The translations under genes and the position numbers were made by a program. A DNA stretch of 64,000 bases. Origin: Aplysia californica. Lineage: Eukaryota. The stretch spans positions 1,150,185 to 1,214,184 of the forward strand of contig NW_004797440.1 of assembly GCF_000002075.1 (NCBI RefSeq). The letters are read 5' to 3'. A model generated the notes under the pieces. It searched no databases, had not been told where the DNA came from, and saw only the letters and a list, made by a program, of their open reading frames with translations. This document shows, piece after piece, positions 52,370 to 62,661 of this stretch. Within the stretch, counting starts at the first letter, position 1. Each line of letters begins with the position of its first letter.

Positions 52370-52817
52370 GATTTCTACCGGGTCCACAGAATTCTACACT
52401 TAGAAGTGTAGAATTCTGTGACCGGGTCTGAGGTCTGAAACTTCCCGAAATCACAAAAAAGAGTTCCCCTACCGGGTCTGTATACTTCGTGACTTTGTTC
52501 CCGGTTACCGGGTCTGTATACACTTCGTTTGTTTTAAGCTCCTTGGGTTGAACTTGACAAAAGCAGTAACTGTATAGGCTACTGTGTATTACAATATTCT
52601 TTTATAATTACTGTGTGACACAAGACACAAAAGTAGAATCTAGGCCTGGGGCCTACGTAAAGTCTGAAAACGATAGTCTATATAATGTAGATGGGAGATC
52701 GTCCTAGATCTAGAAAGCCAGGAAGGAAGAAAAACACAGAGTACGGAAGAAAAAGCATCTCATTCAGCACGACAAGAGTCAGATTGATTTACCAATTATT
52801 ATGAAAGAAGAACTCAT
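36087..52817 (-). CDS. HSPA13: Heat shock 70 kDa protein 13 (microsomal stress-70 ATPase, STCH), ~431 aa, complete
   Basis: Exons complement(52793-52817, 43503-43592, 43001-43106, 40854-40998, 39893-40112, 38328-38498, 36087-36625) have consistent phases. Signal-like start [44 protein letters not shown]; Hsp70 motifs [31 protein letters not shown] and LVGGSTRIP; HSPA13-specific end [14 protein letters not shown]; no substrate-binding domain. Confidence 0.95.
38198..38280. repeat. 83-bp near-perfect palindrome (mini-MITE or hairpin) in an HSPA13 intron
   Basis: Arms TATCGACTACTTAGTGCAAGACTCTGACATACGCCGTTTTT and AAAAATGGCGTAAGACAGAGTCTTACACTGAGCAGTTGGTA. Confidence 0.8.
43790..44600 (-). pseudogene. 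Decayed pogo/Tigger (CENP-B/TIGD-like) transposase
   Basis: Frameshifted pieces [15 protein letters not shown] (psq-type HTH), [16 protein letters not shown] (CENP-B HTH) and [25 protein letters not shown]. Confidence 0.65.
45681..45751 (+). pseudogene. THAP zinc-finger first exon (transposase N-terminus); downstream exons not found
   Basis: [24 protein letters not shown]|GT matches the THAP start M-P-x2-C-x4-C-x-N...FHR(FP). Confidence 0.75.
45830..47837 (+). mobile_element. Chapaev/RAG1-like transposon relic (left end not identified)
   Basis: Contains the RAG1-N-terminal-like pseudo-ORF. The GC-rich right end terminates ...GTACGCCGTG (5'-CAC terminus on the minus strand). CGCTACCTGC occurs inverted near both ends. 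Confidence 0.5.
46343..46700 (+). pseudogene. RAG1 N-terminal / Chapaev 'Chapa' zinc-binding domain pseudogene
   Basis: [12 protein letters not shown] (H-x7-C-R-x-C)...[24 protein letters not shown] (stop at the Cys position of CxxC)...frameshift...MWCAF. This parallels RAG1 HQANLRHLCRICG...IAKVFRIDVKAD...HPTEFCHNC...W.PH. Confidence 0.68.
48083..48595 (-). mobile_element. SINE family B, most complete copy
   Basis: Minus-strand head GGGGTTCTCGTGGCTTAGAGGTTAAGG...GGGTTCGAATC, Deu/Nin-like GCACGTTAAAGATCCC, and the LINE-like tail. Confidence 0.85.
50818..51075. repeat. ~130-bp tandem duplication
   Basis: AAAGAAAGGTGCTGTGGACACAAG...GACTATACCTAGACTAGTATT...GAAAAGAAGAAATTGAA occurs twice head-to-tail. 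Confidence 0.85.
51361..51389. mobile_element. 29-bp TIR-only remnant (probable excision footprint) with 7-bp TSD
   Basis: TTAAGAA|CAATGATAATACAT-TATGTACTATCATTG|TTAAGAA. Both halves are the outer ends of the MITE TIR. Confidence 0.85.
51534..52031. mobile_element. Second copy of the 7-bp-TSD MITE
   Basis: Reverse complement of 17585-18079; TTAATAT duplicated at 51527-51533 and 52032-52038. Confidence 0.9.
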
Positions 52818-54651
52818 GTTGATCCCATCTGGTATTGTTCAGTCACTCCCTGCTGGACCTTCCTCTGAGAGCAATGACGTGTTATTATGGTCCATGCCGG
52901 TAGTTGGTCGGTCCGTTTGGAAATTCAGACAGTTCCCAGATCACGCATGACTTCAGTACTACATCTCGTAATGAGTATGAGCGTCATTGTCAAAATGTAT
53001 ATTTAACTGGTGTGCACAGGAACTGAAGCAAATCTAGACTTTTTCTCAGAATATATGAACTTTGAACACAAAGCTTTTAAAAGTTTGTCAATAATCAGGG
53101 ATTGATCATAATAGTAACCATTCTCGCCCGTTGACAAAAAATACCCACTATTTGGCAATTCTAAACAAATCTGGGAGCTAGACCTACTTTCATTTCAGTG
53201 CTGTTACTTCCGCCTGATAGTGAAACTCTGTTTTCAAGACACTTCCAGTAGGCACACAAGCTTTTAAGTTTAACTTTCAACTCTGAAGTCAAGTTGATCT
53301 GTTATGATTGAACGCAGAATTTATCATGAAAATATCATAAAGCCTTGACCTACTAAAAAGCTGCTCACTGCGTTGTGAAATGGTAATTCTTAAGAGGTAT
53401 AGCCTTCAAAACAGTTTGTTTTGGCTCCTTCCAAGACCAAGTCCAACAAGTCGTGAAAGAGTTTCTGGACTTGTCAGATTGAACAGACGTAGAGTTAGAT
53501 CTACAGTTTCAAGCATACGGAGTTGGTCAGCCTGGCCTAATGGAGAGTATAAGCCTGGCGTCTATGGAAAGAGATGGTACCTTGGTATGTCGACTCTACT
53601 CTAGACGAGTCTATCATTTTAGTCAATTGAAAATTATAGATCTAGAATCTAGTGATTATTCGGCGCTTTTTCGGTAGTTCCCACCCCACAATTGTTATTC
53701 GCGGGTTTTGGACCCAAGTGTAGGGGGGTTTCAGGGGGGCACGCCCCCCTGATTTTACCATAATTTGATGTTTTGCAGTTGTTAGGTTTGACATCTTTTA
53801 GCCCCCCACGCATCAAACGTATAGATAGACTATATAGATCTAGATCTAGTATCGAAGTGGCTACGGTTAAGTACGGCTAGTCTGAGAGTCTAGCCGTACT
53901 TAAGTACGGCTAGACTGCCAGTCTAGCCGTACTTAGATCTAGGTTTGGCCCAATCGACTCAAGCCTGTTAAGTACACAGGTCTCATTAGATCTAGATCAT
54001 CATCAAGTAATTATTCAGGTTCAAATACATGCAAGTCAGTAAGGCACCTTTTGGTTTTGTCTGAAATACAAATACTTTAGGCATTGCAAACTAAAAATTT
54101 CATTTACAATTCAGCCATCAATATTAAGTACGGCTAGCCTGACAGTCTAGCCGTCCTTAAGTACGGCTAGCCTGGCTGTCTACCCGTACTTAAGTACGGC
54201 TAGACAAGAAGTCTAGCCGTACTTAAGTACGGCTAGTCTGAGAGTCTAGCCGTACTTAATAAGTACGGCTAGACTGTGAGTGATATTAAAGCATCGCGAA
54301 GTTTCATCGAGAAGCCTACGCCCGCCATCTTGAAAATGAAAGGATAGGCTGCAACCGGAAACGGAAAACCATCTAAAAAATTTTAAAATACGAAAGCCGG
54401 GGGAGGGGCAGAATAGTGACCAAATTGTTGGTACCGCGGGGGTGAAATAACAACTTCCTTATGTGATAGTGTTGATTAGACATGTCATGTATGCTTGTTA
54501 CCGCTAACATATGATTTACTCCTTGGAATTAACAGTGCCTTGGTCTTAGCTTAATGATGATGACGAGAACATGTTTATTAGTTCCTAGTTTATTAATTCT
54601 GATAGTTGAATTTAAAGTTACAGAATTCCTCACTCATGGCATTATAACATA
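52818..54651. promoter_or_regulatory. Divergent HSPA13/SERAC1 promoter region
   Basis: Lies between the opposed start codons. TGACGTGT at 52875-52882, ETS-like ACTTCCGC (~53206) and CCGGAA (~54355), YY1-like CGCCATCTT (~54323-54331), and local CpG enrichment. Confidence 0.55.
53867..54280. repeat. Array of 33-bp palindromic units AAGTACGGCTAG-N9-CTAGCCGTACTT
   Basis: Two units at 53869-53934, then four units plus a half unit at 54126-54280. Confidence 0.9.
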
Positions 54652-57600
54652 ATGTGGCAACCCCCCGCTCCTTACTACATTCAACTGCTTGTTAGAGCTG
54701 ACAGAGATCAGAAAGCAGGTACTGTAGGCACTGTAGGTGTATAGCCTAAGAGTCAGAAAAATACAACAATTTTCCAAATGACAATTATTTATTCAGACTT
54801 GGTGAATTCACATTTAAATACATATTTAAGTAGGAATAGATCATCTGTTGTTTGTAATAACTGTTGGGGGGTTGTTGTTTTTGTTTTTGTTTTTGTTGTT
54901 GTATTTGTTTTTGCTTTGTTAAAATGTTTCTTTGGGGGGGTTGGTGAGGGGGGGGGTGGTTTGTCTGGTGTCCTGATTTTGGTGTCGATATTTGTAGGTT
55001 ACGTAAAAATGTATTGGCATGGAGCAAATTGATATCAAGAAAAAAACAAACAAGAAAATTACAACTAGAAAAAGAATTATTTAGTTGGTGATGATGATGA
55101 TGACCTGTGATAACTGTTGTTTTCTGTAATTCAGTTCTCATTGTCATTTTGGACAAAAATAGATGCTTCATTTTCGGACTTTTATTTCTTAGCTTGTGTG
55201 ACTACAGTCGATCTCATAGGGGCACGCCATTTATATATTTGATTTGCTCTACTGCGCCTTTTCTGGAAGTGCTACTGTCGCTCAGTAGAAACATAGTAGT
55301 CACACAGGATAGTGAATGACACTTTGAGCATTAAGGACAGGGAGACATTTCTATTGTAAATTTCTTTATGAAAATACAAAATGACAGTAAGAGAATAGAA
55401 TTACAGAAAACACTTGAAACAGTAGTTATTAGGGAACCCTACCTGAATCCACCAAGTCTGAATATAATGTTATCATCTGGAAAACGTAGTGAAAATTTCG
55501 TAAGACTTTCGGACATGATTTGGTTTCTGAAGAGACAGCAATGATTATAGTACAGTAGTCTCTACCTAAGAACCCACCGCTTATGATCCTGGTTAACCAC
55601 TAAAAGTTTTGCTTCTTTAATTTGTCATCCTGAACTACAGGCAAATCTATCTTGCAAAGAAATTCTTAGAAATAATGCATCCTTTCCTGTGGATGGAACA
55701 TTGGTAGTGTTATTATAAGATGTGTTGCCTGTGTCCTAATTTGCTCATTATTGACTCTCCTGCACTGTATCCATCCATTCGTCATCTAAACAAGTCATCT
55801 TGCCCAAGTTGGAAATCTGTCAGATGTTGAAGCTTTTCCAAGCTCTCTTCTGACTCTGTTCTAGACTGGTTTGACAGCAGTCATTGTTTGGAATCCTTAG
55901 GTGGCTTTTATATATATCAATTCAAAAGCAACATTATGGAGACATTATATTATGATACAAAATTGAGTTTATTGAAATAATGATGCTGGTAAAAAAAAAT
56001 GCTGAAAATCTTGTGCTTTCAACTTTCAGTGCTAGTGTTGGGGTGAGGGAAATAATGTGACACTGGCAGGATTACTTAATGCTGATTACAAGCACATTAC
56101 AAGAACTGTTTAAGACTACCTTCTTTCTCCCCCCCCCACCCACCTCTTCTTTTTTTTTACAGGTTTCTTCTCTTTTGGTCTCCTAGGAAGTGGGTGAGCT
56201 TTATGTAACATGGTTGTTTTTTATTTTACAAATTGTCTTATCACTCATACTCCTAATTTATTTCTTCAGATATAATGGTTTGTTTTCTAACTTAATTATT
56301 TGATAACAATTTTTACGGTCAGAGACTCATCTTTTGTCAGTGCATTTCAGTAGAAAGTGTTGCTCAGGTCACAAAACAAGATCATTCAATTTGAACATTT
56401 CTTTCCAAAAGGATTTGACTTGATAGTTGAGTGATGAGAATAATGTAGGAATTCACTTGTAAAATAAGATATAGATAAGATAATACTGTATTTTCCTAGA
56501 GGGAAATTTTTCTTGGCTGTACAAGACCGTTGCAGGTATATACAGAAAAGTCTGACAGGAAGCTGAATAATTGTAATATATTGCTTGAGGAGATAGAAAA
56601 CTGCATGTTCCTTTTGATCAAATTAGATTTCTTGGAAATACACTTGAAATTTAAGAGACAGGTCCAAATGTGTCACAATACGGTGAAATCAGGTGCTCGT
56701 CATTTTGGGGGCATATGAAGTCATTGTTATAATCTTAAAGTTTGTTCATTTGTCCTTATTTTGATTTTGAAAAGTACCCATCAATTTTGAATGGAAGTCA
56801 AGATATATTTGTAATTGCAGGAGGTAGGGGTCGCCTGGTGTCAGAGGTAAAATTAACAGGGAAAAAAAGCCGCCAAAGGTTCATGATTTTCAAAGCTTGG
56901 GTGTCTTTGGAAATTGTAAATTTATTTTTTTGTGCCTTTGATCAGCATTTTACAGTAAAATCCACAAAGAAATGTATTTTAGAATGAACGTATCATGAAA
57001 AGTGAAAAGAGCCCCCGACCCAAAAAATTGATTGAAATTACCCAACTGGCAAAAAAATATTGGTTTCTTTGATTTCATTATGACGAGCACCTGATTTGAC
57101 CATGATGCCTCTCAAATAACCAGCAAGTAAATTAGATTCTCTGACATTTATTACTTTGATGCCCTAATAGCAAAGTGGTGTTAATCAGGTCTTGGTTCCT
57201 GTTGTTTTGTCATCAACAGAGGAAGCCTCCTATTGCTTATGCAAAATCTTTCTTTGCACCAGTCTGCAGTAGTAGAACCTGAAAACTGTAGATACAGAAA
57301 ATGGAGAGCTCAACTGGGCAAAATGTTTCAGCCCACTGAACCTGTTGCTGCATTTACAGACTTCGAGGAATGGTTCACTTTTCAATATGTGTCATTTACA
57401 TCAGGTTAGTACAATGGTAACATTGTTTTTATTAAGTTAACCGGTGTGTTGGTGGTGTAGTGGTCAGCTTCTTACAAAGAATGTATGGAGATTCCCACCT
57501 GGAGAGATTCTTTTTCATCTAATATCACCATCTGTCTTCTGGGGTGTACTCTTGACAGGCAGGGTCAAATAGCTCGTATTGTAAATGATCTAAATTTTGC

Positions 57601-60600
57601 CGCTGAGGACATAAAGTATCGACAGTTGCAATTTTAAAATTAAGAATTCTGTTCTTCATCTGCATCTGCCTCTTTTTTTTCCCCTTTTTCCATTGAGACC
57701 AAGATATTCTAGGCTTTTATTTTGATTTTCGTGTTTCAGGAACTGCATTTGTCTCTTCCTAATTGCTTTTATTAGTGACCATCCCACAGTGGCTTATTTT
57801 TCAGCATGACCTCATTTTGTCTGGGTTGAACAGGAAGGACGTTGAGAGAGCTTGCAGGTCACTTTCAGGATCAATGAGACTAATTTTTGTTTCTTTTGAA
57901 CACATAGAGACTTCTAGACACGTCTTGGGGTGAAATGGACAAGCTTGTAATGAAATGTGAAAGCAGGGTGATGTCGCTGTCTCAAAATGATAAATTAGTA
58001 GGCTAGATAGATGACTGTGAATAGTTTATTGTAGTGATCCTCTGCATGCACCTAAACGGTGGTGTTTAAATATAGGGCCTTAATAAAGAGACTCATTTAT
58101 TGCTGGTTCAAGATTTTTTAAAAAATTGTTTGATCTCTGACTTATGGTCGTACCATGCAAAGTTACGCTCACATTTTTAACTCAGAAAGACAAAAGTTAA
58201 GAGGCTTTAACCTTATCGTGTTGAGTCTTTGGGACGATGGTGCTGTTATTACAGTGAGATGTCTTTGGTGGGAGGGGGGAGGTTTCAACTGCAGTGTAAC
58301 AAAAACTATATATTGATGTACTTTTCTTTACCGTAAAACTCATAATTTGCTTAATTCTTTTACCTTTATAGCAAGAGATGTTCCTTGGGGAGATGAGTCT
58401 GAGGCTGGTCAGGAAAAACACTTTTTGGGTAAGACAGTATTCTTTATCTCTGATCTCTTAAACTTATTAGTTCAGGGGGGGGGGGGCTGTTTTGTTTTTT
58501 CAAGAGGAGGGTAAAAATCTTGTTTCTATTTTGTATCATGGTTTTACAATTAATAAAGTTTTAGTAAGAATCCTTTCTTCAGATTTTGCTAAGTTCTAAT
58601 TTTTTAAATTTTTTTTTCTCCGTCTTTTACCTTTGGTGTTTTTATTTATTTTTATTTTTTTAGCTAACACTTCAAAGAGACTACTTTAGAATTCCTTGGG
58701 TGCTGGTTTTCTTGTATTGTGTCTCATGTATTTCACTGTACACGTTTATGGGTTTACATTATTTAGCATCTTTTCATTTTGGTGATGATGATTTGCTGAA
58801 AAAGTTTTCGCTTCTGTCAGTTGTGTTATTTAAAATATAGATTGCTTTATTGGTATGAATCAAAAAGATATTTCATACTTCTTTTGTGTATTAAAACTTC
58901 ACTTTGAACATTTGCTAATGAATAAAGGGTTCCTCAAATCAGCTCTGAGAGAGAATTTTTTTTCTCCTTAGGGTGGCTGTTTCCATGGGAGCTATCCAAA
59001 AGCGACAATCCATGGGTGCTTCTGCAGTTGACAAAGTCCACCAACTTCTGGATCAGACAGATGGGCGTGGCATCCCTTGCTAGTAAACTTCACTGGGAAG
59101 GTAAATATGTTGCTAAGTTGTATACGTTCTTTACATTCATTTAATGTGGCATGTTAGTCTGTATTAAGTATCAGGGTTGTGCCCGATTTTTTTTTTTCTC
59201 AGGCTTTTTCAAACCTTTGATCTCATAGTAAATAGTATCAAATACCTTAAAGGGGGGGGGGTTCAGATAAGGAGAAAACACTCAGAGGTCCCAAATGTGT
59301 ACTGCACACCTTAAAGGCACTTAAACTTAAAGAATTTATAGTGGAAGCTGGTCTGTACTAAGTTGAGGCAAAATGGCAAAATTCAAAATTAGTTACAACC
59401 CGAAAAAAAAGTATATATGGTCAAGAGGCCCTTTGAAAATGGCATGCTATTGCTTGAAAGAGTGAGAGGCACTATATCTTAGTCAGAAACATGATCATTG
59501 ATATGTGAACATCAGTTGTACTGCATGTTCAAAAAGTTCCCCTCTGGGAAAAGAATGGACACTTTATCTCTGCAGCTGATTGGATGCTTTTATTTGTGAG
59601 ACACTCGTTTCAATGGGTTTCGTTATTTCTCTCTGACAACTCTTTTTTTATTCAGGTGATTGATGTGCTTGAATTTTTTTTTCGGCTGTCATTTTGTTGC
59701 ACCAAACATGTTTTGAAATGAGAGCTGATGGTATAGGATAATTGTCAAAAATGTCTAAAACGGCCACCCATTGTCAAGGAGAAAAGTAATTGTCTTAGAC
59801 AGAACTTCTTAAACAGTGTTATTTTAATGTTTTGAAAAATACCCAAGGGAGGAAATGGGAAGTGGCCATTTGTACAGGTGATTTTCTTATACTGGTGGCC
59901 AATAGAGCAGGTGAGACTGTATATCAAAATATTTTTTGTAGTATTGTGCCAGTAAACAGACTTTTATTATCAGTGAAGGTACTTGTGGTTCCAATCCTTG
60001 CTTGTATTGTTGCAGACTACAAGTACAGAGGTATTGCTCAAGCTTGCGAGCCTCGCACAACGGTCGCCCTGGCTCGATACCCTTCCGCTAAGGATGCTTT
60101 CTTTCTTCCTCCACCAAGACTTCATGACTCACAGGTGAAACTTAGAGTTACACAAGTATAGAAAGGGCCAGACTCTGCCTAAGTGAAAGCCAAGAACAGA
60201 CCCTGGAGAGTTTTGTTAGACTGCTTCTATGTTTTAAAGTTGTATAAAGCTGTTGTTGAAGGTATTAGGTTTTTGTGGTGTATTCACTGAGCTAGCTCTG
60301 TCCAAGGTTTTCAATATTCCATGCTTCCATTCAATATGTATTTGCTGTGTTTGCCATGTATTGGGATCCATTTTTTTTTTCTTTTATCAAAGAAAGATAA
60401 TGGGTCTTTTTGTCAAAGAAAGCTGATTGGTCGATAGTGTAAATCTTTTTGCCTTCTTCTCTACATTGGTGATTGCAGAAACCACAAATTTTTAAAATCC
60501 TTCTTCTTCTTTTTCTTCTTCTTCTCCTCCTCCTCCTCCTCCTCCTCCTCCTCCTCTTGTCCTCCTCCTCCTTCTCCTCCTCCTCCTCCTCTTCTCTTCT

Positions 60601-62661
60601 ATTTCTGTTAGATAAGTAGTTTTAGCAAAAGCAGTCAGAACTAAGCGTTGAAGAAAAATATGACAGAAATTATTTGCCTCTGAGGAAGGGTGTTGTGTTG
60701 TAAAGTGGTAAGCTCAGTAAAGTTAAAGAAAAAGAGAATGAAGAGATGTCCTAAGAAGCAATAGAATCCCTTCACCAGTTATGCGCAGGATTTCACTTGG
60801 CATAATGTGTAATACATTCTCTCTTTCCTTGCCCATCTCTAGTTGAGTGGTGCTGTCTACTAGACAACGGTATCTTCCTTCTCATCAGTTGTAGTACAGA
60901 AAGAGTCAATTGAAAGATGCATCTGGGCTGATTTTTTTTCTTTTTCATACATTTTCCTTACAGCGCGATGTCCTGTTGGACTTGAAGCATCAGCTGTCTC
61001 AACTACCAGTACCAAACTTTGCATCTAGTATTTCTTACTTCCGCACCATTGCCTTAGACCCAGAAATTATGTTTCAGGTATGTGTTGTAGTTGACTACAA
61101 TGCTGCTTATTATTATTATTAGTGTTATTATCATTATGGCTATTATATATATATATTCATCTGTTGAAGTGAAGAACAGTTTATCATTTTGTAGAATATT
61201 GACTAGCATTATTATGGTTTCATTTCATATAAATGAGTCTCTTTCATGAGAAGTCCTAAGAGAGATGTTCTGTGAATTTTAATAACTAGTTATTGTCAAA
61301 TGATTAACCCTCTATTGTCAGGTTGCAAAAGATTGTTTTCAAGAAAGAAAAATTTTAAGGAGTGAGGAAAAAACTGTTTCATTCTTTTAAAATTCATAAG
61401 TAGGCCCAAATGTGCACATATAATTTCGGCATATCAAAGAAGAACATCGTAAATGTCTCAAAGACATAGACATTTGTCTAAAGAGGTATGTGTATGTAGA
61501 CCGGACACCGCACCATGTGGCCATACAGGTGGTCATAAAGTGCTCATAAATTATGCTGTTAAGGAGAGCATACTTTTTTTTATTCATATGAACACCTGTG
61601 ATTTAACAGTCTGCAAACAATGGACTTTATCTTTTCTCACTTTTTTCAACTTTAAGAACTTTGAATTTCAACAAAATATTTCTTGGGCGTATGGAATGGT
61701 TACCATAGATTGAGAAATTGTAATTTAAAAAATTTTCAACTTTTTTTGCTTGTAATGTTTAACAGCTGACCAATGTTATGCATTTATTCATCAGAGAGAC
61801 CCAGTGACTATGGACATGGATGTGATCACTCACATGTATACCTTGCCTGGAGAAGATGAAAAGAAGAGGGAAAGAAAATTGACATTTTGTTTAGAAGCTG
61901 TTCTAGCTTACACTGCTGTGAGTAAAAATTTTGGATAAGTATGTTGTCATTAAAGGGCACACAAGGCATTAAAGAAGACACACTCTCAAATCTATGAAGA
62001 TTTGGATGTTCTATCCAACACTTTCTTAAATTATTCCTCAAAGAAAAACTAAGTTGTCCCCCCTTTGATTCCATAAGCAGTGAGACTCTGTTATAACAAA
62101 ATGTTGTGCTTTAAATGTTAACTTTGGTTATTGCAAAGTTTGGCTCAATACAACATTTTTAAAAAATTAATTAAGGTTCCACATTTCTTTTTCCATGGAT
62201 TATTATTACACCTCTGAATTGTCTCTGTCCGTCACAGCACTTTCCATACTCTTCATCATCAAAGCTTATTTATGTGGGTGGTTGGTGGGTGCTCTGGTGT
62301 GGTTTGCTCCTTCTTTCCTATCGAACTTTTATTGTCCTGATCTCTCCTCCTTCTTTTTTGTGTTTGTTACTCTCTCTTGTAACACCTCTAATCTTCTGCA
62401 CTTATATGACCTATTGTGTTGCAAGTGCCGTAAAACTCATACTAAATCTGAAAACTAATGCTTATTTATATAGAGACAATTTTTCTCCTGCCTTTGTTCA
62501 GGTCCAGGAGTATGCCCTACAGTTTGTGGAGAATCATGGCCTGTCTGTTCTTCAACGTCTTCAGCAAGTAATCACCGACTCCTGGGTACAGATTTACATC
62601 GCTTCCATCCTTGCCAATTTGTCACAGTGTCCCTCTCTCCTTGATATTATTGTCCAGACAG
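54652..62661 (+). CDS. SERAC1: Protein SERAC1 (5' half; lipase domain lies beyond the window end)
   Basis: Exons 54652-54718 (tentative start), 56163-56193, 57220-57404, 58972-59100, 60016-60134, 60964-61077, 61795-61917 and 62502-62661 are phase-consistent. HWEDYKYRGIAQACEPRTTVALARYPSAKDAFFLPPP, ISYFRTIAL, FCLEAV and NHGLSVLQRL...ILANLS parallel vertebrate SERAC1 (HWHDYQYRIIAQACDP.TLIGLAR....DLRFFL.PP, IQYFTSLAL, FCLEAI, GGLQLLQRL). Confidence 0.88.
54765..55500. repeat. Old inverted-repeat pair (MITE relic) in SERAC1 intron 1
   Basis: TTTCCAAATGACAATTATTTATTCAGACTTGGTGAATTCA (~54771-54810) is inverted at ~55444-55484. GTTTTCTGTAATTC...TGTCATTTTG is inverted at ~55377-55412. Confidence 0.5.

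Larger units (their letters stand above)
49931..52527. mobile_element. Mutator-like (MULE) non-autonomous element, ~90-bp TIRs, 9-bp TSD
   Basis: 49931-50022 is inverted at 52435-52527. The flanks TTAGTTTTA (49922-49930) and TTTGTTTTA (52528-52536) match 8/9. Confidence 0.75.
45516..52545 (+). mobile_element. P-element-like DNA transposon (THAP-encoding, defective) carrying nested insertions
   Basis: 8-bp TSD GGTTGAAC at 45508-45515 and 52546-52553. The left TIR is CAAGGAGTTTACAGTAATGGAG. The right TIR reads CAAGGAGCTTAAAACTAATGGAG (reverse complement) once the 49931-52527 insertion and one copy of its TSD are removed. A THAP exon lies 165 bp inside the left end. Confidence 0.75.

Noticed and set aside
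53867-54280. CRISPR-like array
   Set aside because: The variable cores are only 9 bp and related to each other, there are no cas genes, and the context is eukaryotic.
54553-54603. C/D-box snoRNA (ATGATGA...CTGA)
   Set aside because: Too short, no terminal stem, and no recognisable guide sequence.
55443-55476. Minus-strand mini-exon (ag|ATG...G|gtag) as HSPA13 exon 1
   Set aside because: It is part of an inverted repeat pair inside SERAC1. The 25-nt exon at 52793-52817 matches the expected HSPA13 start much better.
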